A stretch of DNA of 64,000 nt. Source: Sphagnum compactum. Lineage: Eukaryota. Numbering within the stretch: position 1 is the stretch's first letter; each line of letters begins with the position of its first letter. Below are positions 26,621-40,511 of this stretch, piece by piece. Made by a program: the position numbers and the translations under genes. Below the pieces are notes generated by a model that was given only the letters and a program-made list of their open reading frames with translations, made no database searches and was not told where the DNA came from. The DNA lies in assembly GCA_965153455.1 (NCBI GenBank), contig OZ234494.1, positions 5,890,001-5,954,000 of the forward strand, in the 5' to 3' direction.

Positions 26621-28047
26621 TAATTTTCCTCTTATGTGTCCCCTCCTTCTTTTAGCTTTCCATGCATTCCTTTCATATGCTTGTTGCTATGACTAAGAAT
26701 TTGCATTTTCCATCACTCAAAACATTGCGAAAAGTTTGGACAACATGCGTCAGAACGCACATGAATTAAAGCGTAGAAAAAAGATTTGTTAGAGAGAAGG
26801 CATGGTAAAGAGAAGCTTGAAAATATTTGGTAGTCTACCATCCTTGGTTCATTAGTGATAGGTTACCACCAATGTTAGGTGCAGGAATGTACATTTTTTG
26901 AAAATTTTCCTAGCCTGGTTAATAGTTTACCATTTATGTTATCATTTGGTGATAACATTTTTTTTAACCTGCCATGTGAGTATGCCACATCCGCTACTTA
27001 TAAAAAATCCATGTTATATTTGAACAAAGATTGAAATACAATAAATTATCATTGGCATCATCACCAAGTGTGAAACAACCCTAAAATGGTTAATACTTGT
27101 CACTATCATATAGAGAAAAAATAAAATTACAATATAAAAACTTAGCAATTTTTGCAGCTTCCAAAAAGTTTTTTTTAATAAAAGAAGCATTCCAAGCACA
27201 TTAGACTATATTTCCATTTATATGTGTTTTGACCTTTGCATTTCTTACATAAACGTCACATTCCACATTTCCCCAACATTCAAAACACATGTTTCATAAT
27301 TTCTTATCACAATGATAATGTAAGCTTTTACAAGCTTCTTATTAGTATTCAATGAAACTTGTCATTCATAGCATTTAAATTTTTTTTTTTTTGAACATAA
27401 TGAAAATATAAATATGGCACCTTGGAGGCTTGCACAAAGAAAAATAATTGTGATTTTATTATTACCCCAAACAAGTATTGAAGTGATTGAGTTAAACCAA
27501 AATTAAAGCAATCATTTTCATTTTAATAGTTATCACAATTTAATAATTATTTAATTTAATGTCAATATTGTACATATATTGTATGCCTATAAAAACATGG
27601 TGTGTGCTTGGGGGCAAGGGTGGGGGGGGAGGGTGTGTCATTCACAACTACCTATTAGCAAATTGGGGATGTGAGGTTGATGAAGTTATGAAATCCAATT
27701 TGGTGTTTTCAATTGACATTCTACAAGATAATTCATGAAAGGGTTTAGAGTTTAGGGTTTAGGTTTAAGGGTTTAGGGTTCATAATCTAAAGGTTCTAGG
27801 GTTCATGGCCATAATCAAAAGGACCATGTGACTTCTTATTGCTTTCAAGAGAAAGAGAAAAAAAAAGGACAAGGCGGGACCCCTGAGCCCTCATACATAC
27901 TTTATGGAGGGAAAATAAACACAAAGTGCAAAATTATTGTTGGAAGGTGTGGTGGGGGCATCAAAGAAGGGTTTTTAGCTACCCTTTTAGAAATTTTTAG
28001 GTCAACTTACATCAAGTTCAACATCCCCCAATAGTAGTTCCATTGTG

Positions 28048-28228
28048 TAGTATGTGTTGCAATATTTCATCCATTTAGTATGTGTTGCAATTATTTCATC
28101 CACTTAATATGTGTTACAATTATTTCATTCACTTAGTATGTGTTGTTGCAATTATTTCATCCATTTAATATGTGTTGTTGCAATTATTTCATCCACTTAG
28201 TATGTGTTGCAATTATTTTCATCCACTT
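28048..28228. repeat. Minisatellite of about 28-32 bp, about 6 copies
   Basis: (a/g)tatgtgttgcaattatttcatcca(c/t)tta repeated. Confidence 0.9.
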
Positions 28229-28891
28229 TTCATGTGGCATCGGTAATGCAAAATAATAATAGATTTTATGTTAAGTTAACATTCACTTAATATTAAACAA
28301 CACACCCATTTTAAAACATTGGGTGCCACCTAAGATGCCACCTAGATTTTCACTTAACACTGACTTTCTTAAAACATTAGGTGTGAAATGCACCTTAAAA
28401 AAAAAGGCTCATTGATCACAATTTTTCTTTTGGGAACAAAAAAAATGTTTTTTTTTGGAAAATTTCAAATTTTCTGAAAATAATACGTACCTAGTCAGTG
28501 TTAAAGCTGCCAAGCTACTTTGGTAAAGCCTTGTGAAAAGAAAAGAGAAATTCGTGAGGTAGGTAGGTAATTGGAGGGAGTAGGTAGGTCAGTCAGTAGG
28601 TAGGTAGGTAGGTAGGTGGGCAGAGGAGAGGGGGGGGGGGGGTGGGGGCAGTCCATAATGGAGGGAAGGAGAGGGGACGAAGAACGTTAACGATGACGGA
28701 CGCCCATTGTAGTGCATGAATGAGGAAGGGACGAAGGACGAGGACGAGGAGGAGAAGGGAGGCAGGGCTAGTGTGTGTCTTTCTCATCAGGGGGACTGGA
28801 CTGGAGCTTTCGTCTCCGCCATCGCCCAACGCTGTAGCATCACACTAGTCGTAGTAGTAGTAGTAGTAGCAGCAGCAGCAGCAGTAGTGCG

Positions 28892-29115
28892 ATGAAGAAC
28901 GGCGTGCTGGAGTGTAAGGTGTGTGGATCCAAAGACTCGGCCAGACAAGTCTCCGTGGCTTATGATCATCATCAACATAGTAAAAAGGCACAGGGCTTCC
29001 GAGCTCGTAATGTCTTGCTTGTTGTCGGTGACTGTCTTCTCATCGGTGCCCAGGTACCAACAACACTACACTCTGCTGCCCGATCCAATCTATAGAGAAA
29101 GAGACAGAGAGATGC

Positions 29116-29152
<37 letters not shown>

Positions 29153-32100
29153 CGGGGGAAAAAATGGCTTTGATCTGGCTCTTTCAGAAGCTGTGAGCAT
29201 AGATCGTGGACTAGGTCAGTTGGCAGGGGCTGTTTTTTGCAGTCCATTGAGGAATTGGTGAGTATGAAGGATGTTTTTTTTTCCCTTTTGGTTTCTTGAT
29301 GGTGGAAATCAATGGAGAAATGGCGTGAAACTTTCTTTGGTAAGTCATCATGCTGCTGCAATCAGGGCGGCGGCTTATCATAGAAAGTTCGAATTGCACG
29401 ATATTTAGTTGGAAGCGAGCATTTGAGAAACTGTAGTGTAGGAAATGGCAAAGGGAAGAAGATTGCATGTTTGGCGGGGAATTGAACGAGGAAAGATCTA
29501 GGATGAGCTTTATCGTTTTGAAATGCTCGTAAATCTGGTGAAGGAAGAAGACTGTCCTCGTTTTTCTCTATAATGGGCCGCCAGCTCAAGAAATGGCTGA
29601 AGAATGTTTGAGAATTAGTGCAGTGGAGACCAAAGCCACAACTTTTGTAGCAGAGTTTCCCCGTCCACTGTGATGCTTGCCCCCTTCTTGCTCAGGGTTA
29701 GGCAGATGGATGGGATCCCCAACATTCTTGGAATGTGGCAGCATAGGTTATGGATGACAGTGGATGGGCAAATGTTAACCTCAAATGTCCAACCTAACAT
29801 TTGAGGCCAACAAAGGATTCACAGACCTTTCAGAATTTTTTTTAATCAGTGGCTCAAATGGTAGAGAAGATTAACAACAGGGATTTGGCATGAAATCAAA
29901 GTAGCATGAAGTTTGATTATCAGATTTAAGTGCTTGTCAGTGAAGCTAAAACTGCAGATCAGAATGCAGGTCCTATTAGGTCAACTAGTCATCAACATTG
30001 TGGGGGAAAACCTGTAAGCTCCTGAGGCCTTAATAGGGGGCAATAGTGGACATCATGATTGTTGGCAGCCAACAGTCTTCTTTTCTCTTTCTTGCAACTC
30101 ACTATCTTCATATGGTTCCTTTGACATTGTGGTGGAAGATTTAACTGCCAGCTGCACATCTTCTGGAATGCTTGTCTATGTGAAAGTGGATTTGGATCCT
30201 TGTGCCACTCTGCCCTGGACTGGTTTCATACTTTCTTGATGATTTAGGTTTAGAGAGGCAAGTAGGGAAGCTGGGAAGTAGGGGACCATTGGCCAGGAGC
30301 ACAGTGTTCCTGTTTGAGGGTTAGTAGCCCCAAGGCTGCTCAATACCTTGGCCAAAGATTAATCCATCAGGACTGATACTTCACATTTTACAATTTCTTT
30401 TTAGCCTTGATTGCAGAACACTATAACAAGTTGCTGGACCATGTGACACAAGCATGGCCGAAGCAAGAAACCCAAACTCAGAAGATTTTCTCATTTACAG
30501 CTTTACCTGCATGCATCGTCTGTTTCCAAGCCCCAAAAGCTTACATTGGATGGTAGCAATACAAGCTGCATTGAACTGAACATTTCTCTGGACTGATGCT
30601 GATGCAATCATGATACCTGTCAATTGTGGCACAGCAATATGCATGGCATTGGTGAACGCTACAATTTGTGGTCACATATTTGGAAGAAGAGTTTGTGGAA
30701 AGTGTTGTTTGAGGGAATTGAGAGTCAAGAGATAATTGTTTATGTGGATATCAAACAGATCAGGAAAGAACATATGATCTAAGAATTCACATCCAAATTG
30801 TTCTCTTGGTGCAGCCAATACTTGTTTATATGTCAAAAGTGGATGGAAAGTTCCTCTTCAGCCCAGTGAGCGTGAATTTTTTGACAGAAGTTGTGAAGGT
30901 TTTCTTTGCAATCTGCATGCTCCTTTGGCAGGTGTGTGCCTTTGTCTGAGCTCTCAAGTGTTTCATACTGCTTTTTTCTGAATGGGTGCATCACATATGT
31001 TCAGAGGGGTGATGAAGTGAAATTTTATATGTATCATTTCCTGGATAAGTAGGATGCTCTGATGCCTGGATTTCAATCCCTGGCAAGTCCTTGAAGCCCC
31101 TTCTCTGCTTTACTTTCCATCTGGGAACAGAAAACCTAAACATGATGTAATTGATTTCAAGAACAATAGTTTTTTCCCAAAATTTGGTGCCTTGATGTAA
31201 GAGCCTTGCACCTAAAACTATCTGCTTACGTACATAGTGATGGTGATGGTGAGTGGTGACAGGCACAAAGGCAACATCCTGGAGAGAAGTCACTACTTTC
31301 TCCAGTTGTTATTTTGCAGGTTTTTTCTCTCTCCCACTCTTTGTCTGTGTGTGGTTAGCAAGTTTAGGAATGCTAGAGAAGCAGAAAAGAGATCTTGAAG
31401 TCTCAAACCTCTGGCACTTGAGAACGACATGGGCTAAATGTGGAAGGTTAAAGGAGGCTTTAACAATGCCACAGAGGGTGTGCTGCTTAGGATTTGAGGG
31501 TTAGGAGGTCATGACATACTTCTGAAAAGAAGCTATCTTCATCAATAGAAGAGTTGTTTCCACCATTTTCCCACTGACCTTTCTGAAGTATGTGATTCCT
31601 CCTCAATGTCATTGAACTGTCCATTACTTGATAAGAGTAGTCCTTCTCTTTGCCATCATTGAATTGAGATATTGGATGGCATTTGCACAATGTTTGCTTT
31701 CTATGTTTGATTGTGTGTTGAATGATTCTATTCTGTGAAATCAGGCTGCAAGGAAAAACTATTTGCTTGCTGTGCCAGCCTGTTTGTATGCTGTCAACAA
31801 TTACTTGAAGTTCATCATGCAGGTTTAAGATTCCCTATCCTATTGTGTGGTTGGGCTTTGCTCATTTGAACTTGCAATCCTGTCTCTTGAAGCTCCATGG
31901 CTCCATGGTTTTTAGATTGTGTTGCCAAGCAAAATTATGATTAACTCACCAGTGTACATTTGGGGTGATGCAGTTATACTTCAATCCTGCAACAGTGAAG
32001 ATGCTAAGTAACTTGAAGGTGGGTTTCTGTGATTTGCAGCAGATATATTGCCTAGAGTACTCTGATAGTGAATGGCTTTCTCTGATAACAAAGTGGTTTT

Positions 32101-35013
32101 GCAGGTCTTGGTGATTGCATTACTCCTGAAGATTGTGATGAATCGACGATTCTCTGTCATGCAGGTTTGTAGCAGTGGCTTCTGTGCTTTAATTCTTGAA
32201 GCATAATATTTGTAACAGAGGTTCAAGTTTCTCTGGTTTTTTCCCCTAATAACAGTTGTGTTTAAAGTACTGGAGAGCAATTTAAACAGTTGCAAATTTG
32301 GACTTAGTATCCCTTCTTCCTGTACCCTCCTACCAGCTCTGCTGCAAGTAACTGTCTCTTCCACCATGGTTTGGTTTGCTGCCATTCTTGGCACCTTTCA
32401 ATACTCTAGTGAAGGGTACTCATCTGCAAATTGTCTGTAGAATATTTTGATGTGGGATTGATCGTCTTACTCTTATGGTGGGGTTTCAGTGGGAGGCACT
32501 CACATTGTTGCTGATAGGCATCAGTGTGAATCAGTTGCACACAACCCCTGAGGGCACAACAGTTCTTGGTGTTCCTATTCAGATGGTGGCATACGTTTAC
32601 ACCCTCATTTTTGTGAGTGAGCTTTTCACATCCTCAACCTTGGGAAATTGGAGGCACTCTAGAGTTGCATCAAGTTTTTTCTGTTTCTATTGTTGATTTG
32701 CATAAAGGTTGAGGATGCTATATTGTTGTTCAGTTTAATGCTGAGGGAGCCACTGCAATAGAGGTTTAGATGTCTCCTGTTGATATCTGATTATTTCACT
32801 ATGTATCCAGTTGTGCAACACAATGTCAGATAGTTCTAAGTGGTCAATCCACTTGTTGCATTGTCTTCCTGTACCTGTAAGGTTGATCCTTGGGATGTAG
32901 AAGGCTGATATAACCTGTCTAATGTCCCATTTGTATGGCAGGTTACAGTGCCTTCCTTGGCATCAGTTTTTAATGAGTATGCACTTAAGAGTCAGTTTGA
33001 CACCAGTGTTCACCTGCAGGTATTCTTTTTCTACATTCTTTCTCGTCCACAGCCTTTCTGAGTCACACTTGTTGCCTGTTGAAATATTTTGTGCTTTTTC
33101 TTTGTGTTTATGCTGCTCACATTATATAACTTGGCATATAAGGTGGTAAGGTTGCATGTTCTTTATCTCTTTTGGTCTCTTAGATCATTTTCTTGGATTG
33201 CCTTGCAGAACCTTTTCCTTTATGGATATGGAGCACTCTTTAATTTACTTGCAATACTTTGTACAGCTATATATCAAGGTACCTAATTCTGATTGTCTCA
33301 TGGTTTCTGTGTGCTCTTGAGGGCTGCAACCTCATTTAGGTTTTAGTGGATTCAAGAGGTTTTTAAGTGGTGTTCAACATCCTGCCCTTGAAAGCTTTGA
33401 TAACTCTACAATCAGTTATGTGAATTCTGAGTATTGTTGGGTACTGCAGGGGCAGGAGCAGGAGGTAATGGACTTAATATTTTGGAAGGGCATTCAAAGG
33501 CAACTATGTTTCTGATCTTCAACAATGCAGCTCAGGGTATCCTTTCCTCATTTTTCTTCAAATATGCGGGTAAGTCTTGTTCATTTAGACCTCTCTGATC
33601 TTGTCATTCCCTTTTCCTTATGGGCATCTCAAATTATTATACCATGAATCAGAAGCTGTCCTTCTAGATAGCCTTTATTAAGCTACCTATTTGTTGAGTT
33701 CTAAAATCTTCCCAGTGTCATTGAGGAAATGTCACATCAGACAAATTGGGTTCACTGACTCTCCAGATAATCTAACTCTCAGCATTTTTTCCATTTCTGT
33801 GACACCAACAGCTAGCTCGCTAGACTTTGGGCTTTTGTACTTCCAAACTTCTCTGCACTGTCAGCAACCGTTTCTTTGTTGTGAGCAGTGTGTCAGCAAA
33901 TAACCTTATAAGGTCAATGCCCCACCTGTGCAGATACAATATTGAAGAAGTACTCATCAACAGTGGCTACAATATTTACTGGTCTGGCATCTGCAGCACT
34001 ATTTGGCCACAGTCTCACCATCAATTTTATGTTGGGTGTCACCATAGTCTTCATTTCTATGCACCAGGTTTGACACCTTAGCCCTTAAATCCCATGCTCT
34101 TAAAAGCAGAATAGGGTGAAACATCCAAGTTGTTTGGCAGGAATCCATTTGTCACAAAGAGCCCTCCATTCACTTTCCAGAGTTCTATCCTCAAGAAACA
34201 GCATGTTCCACTGCACTGATGAGTTTCAAGCCTGCTAATCTGCATGGTTTTCTTGTCAGTTTTTTACAGCCTCAAAGGTTGCAAAAGACCTAGGGGATAA
34301 TGTCAACACAAAGTTGGAGCCATCTGGAATGAAACTCAAGTATGTGCCTTTCCTTTCTTTCCAAGTTTTCCCTGCATGATTCAAGGAGATAGTATATTGA
34401 GTCTATAGTAGCAATGGATTCTGGTTGTCAAGAGGATAAGCGAGACAGTAGGATGAGACCAAAACCTTGGATCATCAGTATCTTGCACCTTGACATGATT
34501 TAAGGTAGTATGAGCATTTGCACAGAGTTGGGAAGGTCTGGAATCTGGAGTTCTTCCATAGATTGTCATGTCATTGATCAACTGCCAGGGAATGTTGTCT
34601 GCAAATTGTTTTAAGGATAGTGCATTCTACTTGCATGGCCATTGGTGTTGGAACCTCAGACTTGAGCTGAGTTGTGCCTTTCTATTGCCATATAATGGCT
34701 TTGTCAACTTTCAGTTGAACTGTTGTTGTTGCACTGTAACAGTAAGAAGGATTCATCACTGGTTGACTTGGCTGCTGCAAATGTGGAGGTGAGGGCCACT
34801 TACTACATCCTTATACATTCTGTGACCTCTATAAAGAGGAAAGGAACGAGCTTGAAAATGTCTGTGCTAATTGCCCAAGGTTGCCCCAGAGAAGAGCTCT
34901 TTGATTTTTTTCTCACCCACAAGATTGCATATTGACTTTTGGTTGTGGGAAATTTGCAGGCAAGTCATAAGATTTCTATTCTGACAGAGAGAGAACCACT
35001 TCTACCAAAATAA
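28892..35013 (+). CDS. Nucleotide-sugar transporter (SLC35A / CMP-sialic acid transporter-like family)
   Basis: Fourteen in-phase exons: 28892-29053, 30815-30931, 31263-31319, 31745-31822, 31974-32018, 32105-32164, 32490-32612, 32942-33019, 33209-33278, 33450-33569, 33934-34067, 34260-34339, 34743-34788, 34960-35013 (TAA). Motifs: [48 protein letters not shown] and [13 protein letters not shown]. Confidence 0.93.
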
Positions 35014-37010
35014 TCAAGAAGTGTCTACCTTATTAGCTCAACTTCCAATTCTTATGTCTATTAGTAGAAGAATCTGTATGAGTTTAGAATCATTCCATTT
35101 ATTTGGTGGGAAACCCAAGTTTTGGGGCTGGTCTTCATTGATGACCTCTTTCCAATAAGAGAGCAGTTCTTTTTGGCACTAAGCCATGACAGCATTTCTG
35201 CACTGAAAACTGGGGAGAAACTCTTTTGTACAGTTCTTATTGGAGGCTTCTTGAAGATGGGAAATGAGAGGTAGATTCTCCATACCCTGTAAGACAGACA
35301 CATATTGTTCAGGAGCAGATTATATCGGGAGGTTTTGAGAAGGATATGCTTGCAGCTTCCATGCTCTGTGTGGCGCAGAGGTTGGAAAATCCATATAGTG
35401 AAAGGTGTAATTTGCATTTGTGAACATTTCTGCAAAATGGATCTGGCCCCAGGATTCGGCTGTGATACCCTAATTGTAAGTCTCTGAGACATTCTTTTCT
35501 TACTACATTTAACCACACCTTTGGTCAAGTGACTGACTCGATGAAGCTGGTGTTTTTGGTTTTTGGTTTTGTTTGGTAGCACTACATGGTGATGTTCAAT
35601 CTTCTAGGGCCGTGTTTGCTTCGAGGAAAGCCATCTTGTGCTTTCTTTCTGGTTTGGAGGGTACACACGAGTCCCTGGGAAATCTGGGATGCTTTGTTGG
35701 CATTGTTTACTACTGTTTACTGATTGGGTACAGAGTATAGATCTTGGTTGCTGGAAGATTGGGAAGTAGGGAAAACTCAAGAATCTTGATTTCTTGAGCA
35801 TCTTACTAGATCTACTTCCATTATTTGACCAGTGCAGAAATTGCTGGCAATCACAAGAGGAAGAAAAACAATTGGTTGTCATTGGCCTCCAAAGTTTTGG
35901 ATTGATGCTGCTCACTTAGCAAGCTAGTTCGCACTGGTAGCTCCTGCAATGGCATTCCCTACGCTTGCACATCATCAGTCCCAACCATCCAGAATAATAA
36001 TTCATACCTGGAATCCTTGCAAACAAATGTTCTTCCGGTGATAGTTCGAAACTTAAAACTCGGCAAGATTGTTGTTCACATCTTCACAATCTGGCTTGCG
36101 CCTGACTTCACGATTAATGTCATGCTCATGCGCTGCTGGGGACTTCCGTAGTGAAGGGTACTTACCACAAGTAGGTACCTAGAATGCAATTTTGTCGAGA
36201 AACGTTGTTCTTCTCACACCCCAAGCTTTATTAGTTATTGACCTTTTTCCAACCGCCATGTATAAAAACTAAAATTGGGACTGCAAATAGGTGGGAGACT
36301 ACTAATAGCAAACCACTTGGACCAATCACCATTAGCAGAAACAGGGAGCAGTAGTCAGATCATGTTTATTACACTGTTCTCTCTGGCAGGTGTCAGGCTT
36401 TGCTGCGCCTCTTACCAGCCCGAGCAAATTGTGCAAAATAGTGCTGGGCCAAAATCATTTTGCTGAGCCAAACCGACATGTTTTGACTTTGGTTCATCTA
36501 ATTTCGATGTGCAGGGTCACATAGTACATACTGAGCGCCGCTGGGGATCCATTGCTGGATGAGGATCCGAGTCTATCTGACTCACGCTGTTGTCGATCGA
36601 GGATTGACCACACTGTTGCGATCGAGGATTGACAGTTGTCGTGCATGTCCTGAGACAGCAATTTTTATTTTGTTTTGTTTTTGCAAACGCTCTGAGTCTC
36701 TCTCTCTCATCGAACCCCCCCCCCCCCCTGTGATTCTGTCTTCTTTTTCTTTTTTCCCGGGGAGAGTTCGAAACATCTCACCCGGACAGTATTGCGGAGA
36801 CGTCCAATAAGTTTGCGTTCCATGTAGTTGAGAGCGAGCTTTCCATCCAAACTTTCTATTCTCTGGAGGAGAGGAAATAAGAGATTCGTCTGTTTTCTTC
36901 GTGCAAGGTTTTTCTTGGTTGTCAAGTTTATGGTTGTTGATGAAACTGAGGATGATTCTTCAGTGCTTTGGTGGAGACGAGGGGGACGATAGTTTGGTGT
37001 TGTGAGGTAT

Positions 37011-37053
<43 letters not shown>

Positions 37054-37804
37054 ACCTATCAAGTTATTTTTCCATGTTTTTTCTGTACTTGCAATTTTGC
37101 AGACTCAAAGCAGCAAGGCATCGGAAGAAACACTTGGATGACGATTGAGACAGAAGGAAAAGGAAAGAAGAAATGAAAGAGACTTTCTCCTAGTAAATAC
37201 CAACGTTAGAGATACAGACAGGTAGAGATACAGAGAAAGATGGATTTTTGCGACGTTGATGGAAAAGTTTTGGGAAACAGAGTATGCAAATGAATGCAAG
37301 GAATTTACACAGTAAAATCAGTTGACATGGAAGATGCATTGGTTGGAATGGACAAGGGGAGGGAGGATCATGAAATTTTTCACTGCAAAAGAAGAAGCAC
37401 GAATGTGGGAGCCAGAGAGGCAAAACACTCTTCTGGAGATAGAGGGAGGAAGAAGCCAGCAGTCTTCTTTTGAGGAATGTTCATGATTTGGCCATTGTCA
37501 AGCATCCTAAGTATCATAGGTTTTTGTTATTGCTTGAACAAAAGTGTCTTACCATCACATGTGCAATTGTGCCAGTGTTGGACTGTGTTATGGTGCCTGA
37601 ATTTTTTGAAGGTTGTTGTGCTTAGCATTTTTTGTCTTTCCTGTATATTCCTTAGCATATCACGACGATGCATTTTGTCAGATTCCAAGAGATTTTCCCC
37701 ACCTTGCCTTTTACAAATTTTCTTGGTGGTTTGCACAGGTCATATGGAGTAGTGATCAGTAAAGCTGTTGGATAGAAACGTACTAGGCGGTAATCTCACT
37801 TTCA

Positions 37805-40511
37805 ATGGCACAGGCAACCTCAAATACAATCAGCTGGAAGCTGGAGGATCTGCTGAAATTCCACTTGACAGATTGGGTGTTCACTGGGGTGCTCGTTGCT
37901 CTTGAAATCTTTTTGAATTGGATTCATCCACATGAGCGCTATGTCGGGGAATGGATGTTTGTCACAGGAGAGCTTCGCTATCCTTTCAAGCCTGACACTG
38001 TGCCTTTTATACTCCTGCCGGTATGTTGAAATCTTGAAAAAACTTTCTGCATCTATTTCTCTCAAAGAGCAGGTGGTACTTCACTTAGACAAAAGAGTCC
38101 CACTTGAGTTGAGCTCATCTGAATTGACTCTCAAATTCAATGGCTAGAAAATAGCTAGATTTCTTCTGTGCCTTTCCAACTCTTGATAGTAGAGTAAGAG
38201 GTTATGTTTCCACTTTGCATTTGATTTCACAGCCTGTGGAAGATGATGGCAAGACAAGTAATCCACCCATGATATGAACCTGAGGAGGTGGATTTTGCTA
38301 CAGGTAATTGCATTGGTGGTACCGATGATCTTTATAGTCAGTTATTACGTTTGGCGACAAAACATCCAGGACTTGCACAATTCTACATTGGGTATGATTT
38401 TTCCTTTGACTTCTGTACAGCAATGGAGGATTGACTTTAATGGGGCATGAAGCCATATTGGCAGGGCACAATTAGTGCTGTGCTTGATAAAGACAATTAT
38501 AGCCAAACAAGATATAGGCATGTAAGACATCATCACTAGTACTGCATTCAAGAACAAATATGTAATCAGTAGTTTTCCTTTTTATTTGAGAGTATACTTC
38601 AAGGTTATGTGATTGCATATGACCCTCAAAATTATGGAGTTGGCAAACAACAGGTTTTCATTTAGGATTTAATCTCAGGTTTCAAGCCTGAAACAGCTGT
38701 ATTGCACTTCAACCTTGCATTGAGAGGTTGAATTGAGGATGAGACAATTTGGATAAGTTGAGAATTGTCTTTTTCCAAATTCATGAAATCAGAAGAATAG
38801 AGAAGATGAAGTGGATTTCCACAAATTTTGTGACTCTTATATGACACGATGACAGATATTGCTGTGTACAATTTTATCTCTCCTACAGTTTTCACACAAG
38901 AGTCATTGTGTAAGCTGTGCAGGTCTTTTTACTGCAGTATTACTCGCAGGAGTGATTGTGGATGCCATCAAATCAGGAGTTGGTCGGCCTCGGCCTCACT
39001 TTTATGCCCAATGTTTTGGAAGTACAACTGCCATAGCTGTAACTGTCATGACCTGCTCTTGTGTGTTTCGAACAAGTCTCTTGGTTGTGATCCTTCTCTA
39101 AACCATTCTCAGTAGTTTGGTGGCTTGTTCAAAAGTGCATTGCCTTAAATTTTTTTTCTCACAATGTTTCTCATACTAGGATTTGAAGTCAGAATTGAAC
39201 TACTTATTGGTTTCTCTTGTTCGTGCCTTTTCTATGGAAAGAATGGCTGCTCAACAATGTGATGGCAGATGTACGATGGAACCGGGAATGTCATATGCTC
39301 TGGGAATCCAGCTTCAGTTAGGGAAGCATACAAGAGCTTTCCCAGTGGCCATACTGCATGTATGTAATGTTATGTTTTGTAAATGTTTGCTTTTACACTT
39401 CTCTGCCTTCACAGATAGAGCTAGGATTTTGGCATCAGGTGGTCATGCACTAAAAATACCACTAAATTTGCAAGGTGTTATATTATTCCCTACTCTAGAC
39501 ACAAATTCTGAAACAAGACAAAGTATAAAAGACTATCCTGTAGATTCAAATGATGTTTGTTGTTGGTACTAGCATTTGAAGGTTGATGTTTGTGACCTCA
39601 ATGCGATATCAGTTGTGCATTTTGCAGGGATATTTTCTGGCATGGGATATTTGTCACTGTATTTAGCGGGGAAGCTTGAGGTCATAAACCAGAAATATCA
39701 CCCATGGAAATTCCTGCCAATTTTTCTGCCACTGCTTGTGGCAACATTTGTTGGGATTTCACGCATTGATGATTACCATCACCATTGGACAGATGTTTTG
39801 GTTGGTGCCATAATGGGTGAGTCAATATCTACTAACAAATAATAAGGTTTGCAGGCTAAACCTAAAACTATCATGACTGCTTTTTGGACACTAATCCTTC
39901 AACCACCAAGCAATGTAGTTGCAACTTCCACAGAAGAAACTGACAGCATTAGCCAATATTGTATAAACAAGCAGATTGGAACTGAAAAATTCTGTTACTG
40001 ATTTCTGGTACTTGATTTGTGGGACTAACAATTTCCTTCTGATTATTCATTACATTATGATTTGCTTTTTGCAGGTCTAGGAGTGGCATGTTTCTGTTAT
40101 GGTCAATTCTTTCCAAGCTTGTGGGATGAATATGGTGATGCCCTCTTAAATATTTTTACTCATCCTTCTAGTGTTTAGGTGATAGAGTTTCTGGTTTGGC
40201 AAGTGAAAACAGACTTGTTAGTCCCACTTAAATGGTTGTGATGCACACTTATAAGTCAATTCAGCTGCAATAGCAATTGTGTAAGAATAATGATGGTCAA
40301 ATGCTATGCATCAGTCGAGATACTTTTGCCAACAACATAAAGATAATCTCGTGGATGTAGGGGAGTACTTATGTGCTCACTGATTGTGGCTTTTGTGTCT
40401 GGTTGACTGTCAGCTTCAAGGCCATTTATAGACAGGCAACGCGATTACTCCACCACGACCAGCCCGCTTTTATCTGCTGACAGCTCAAATTCTGAATCGC
40501 ATCCTGTTTAA
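37805..40511 (+). CDS. Lipid phosphate phosphatase (PAP2/LPP family)
   Basis: Exons 37805-38020, 38304-38391, 38923-39038, 39269-39359, 39628-39817, 40075-40134 and 40414-40511 (TAA). All three PAP2 motifs are present: KSGVGRPRP, SFPSGH and SRIDDYHHHWTDV. A probable 5'UTR intron lies at about 37007-37738. Confidence 0.93.

Noticed and set aside
35061-35915. 173-aa and 103-aa minus-strand ORFs as a separate gene
   Set aside because: They lie in or just beyond the transporter 3'UTR region and show no domain or splice support.
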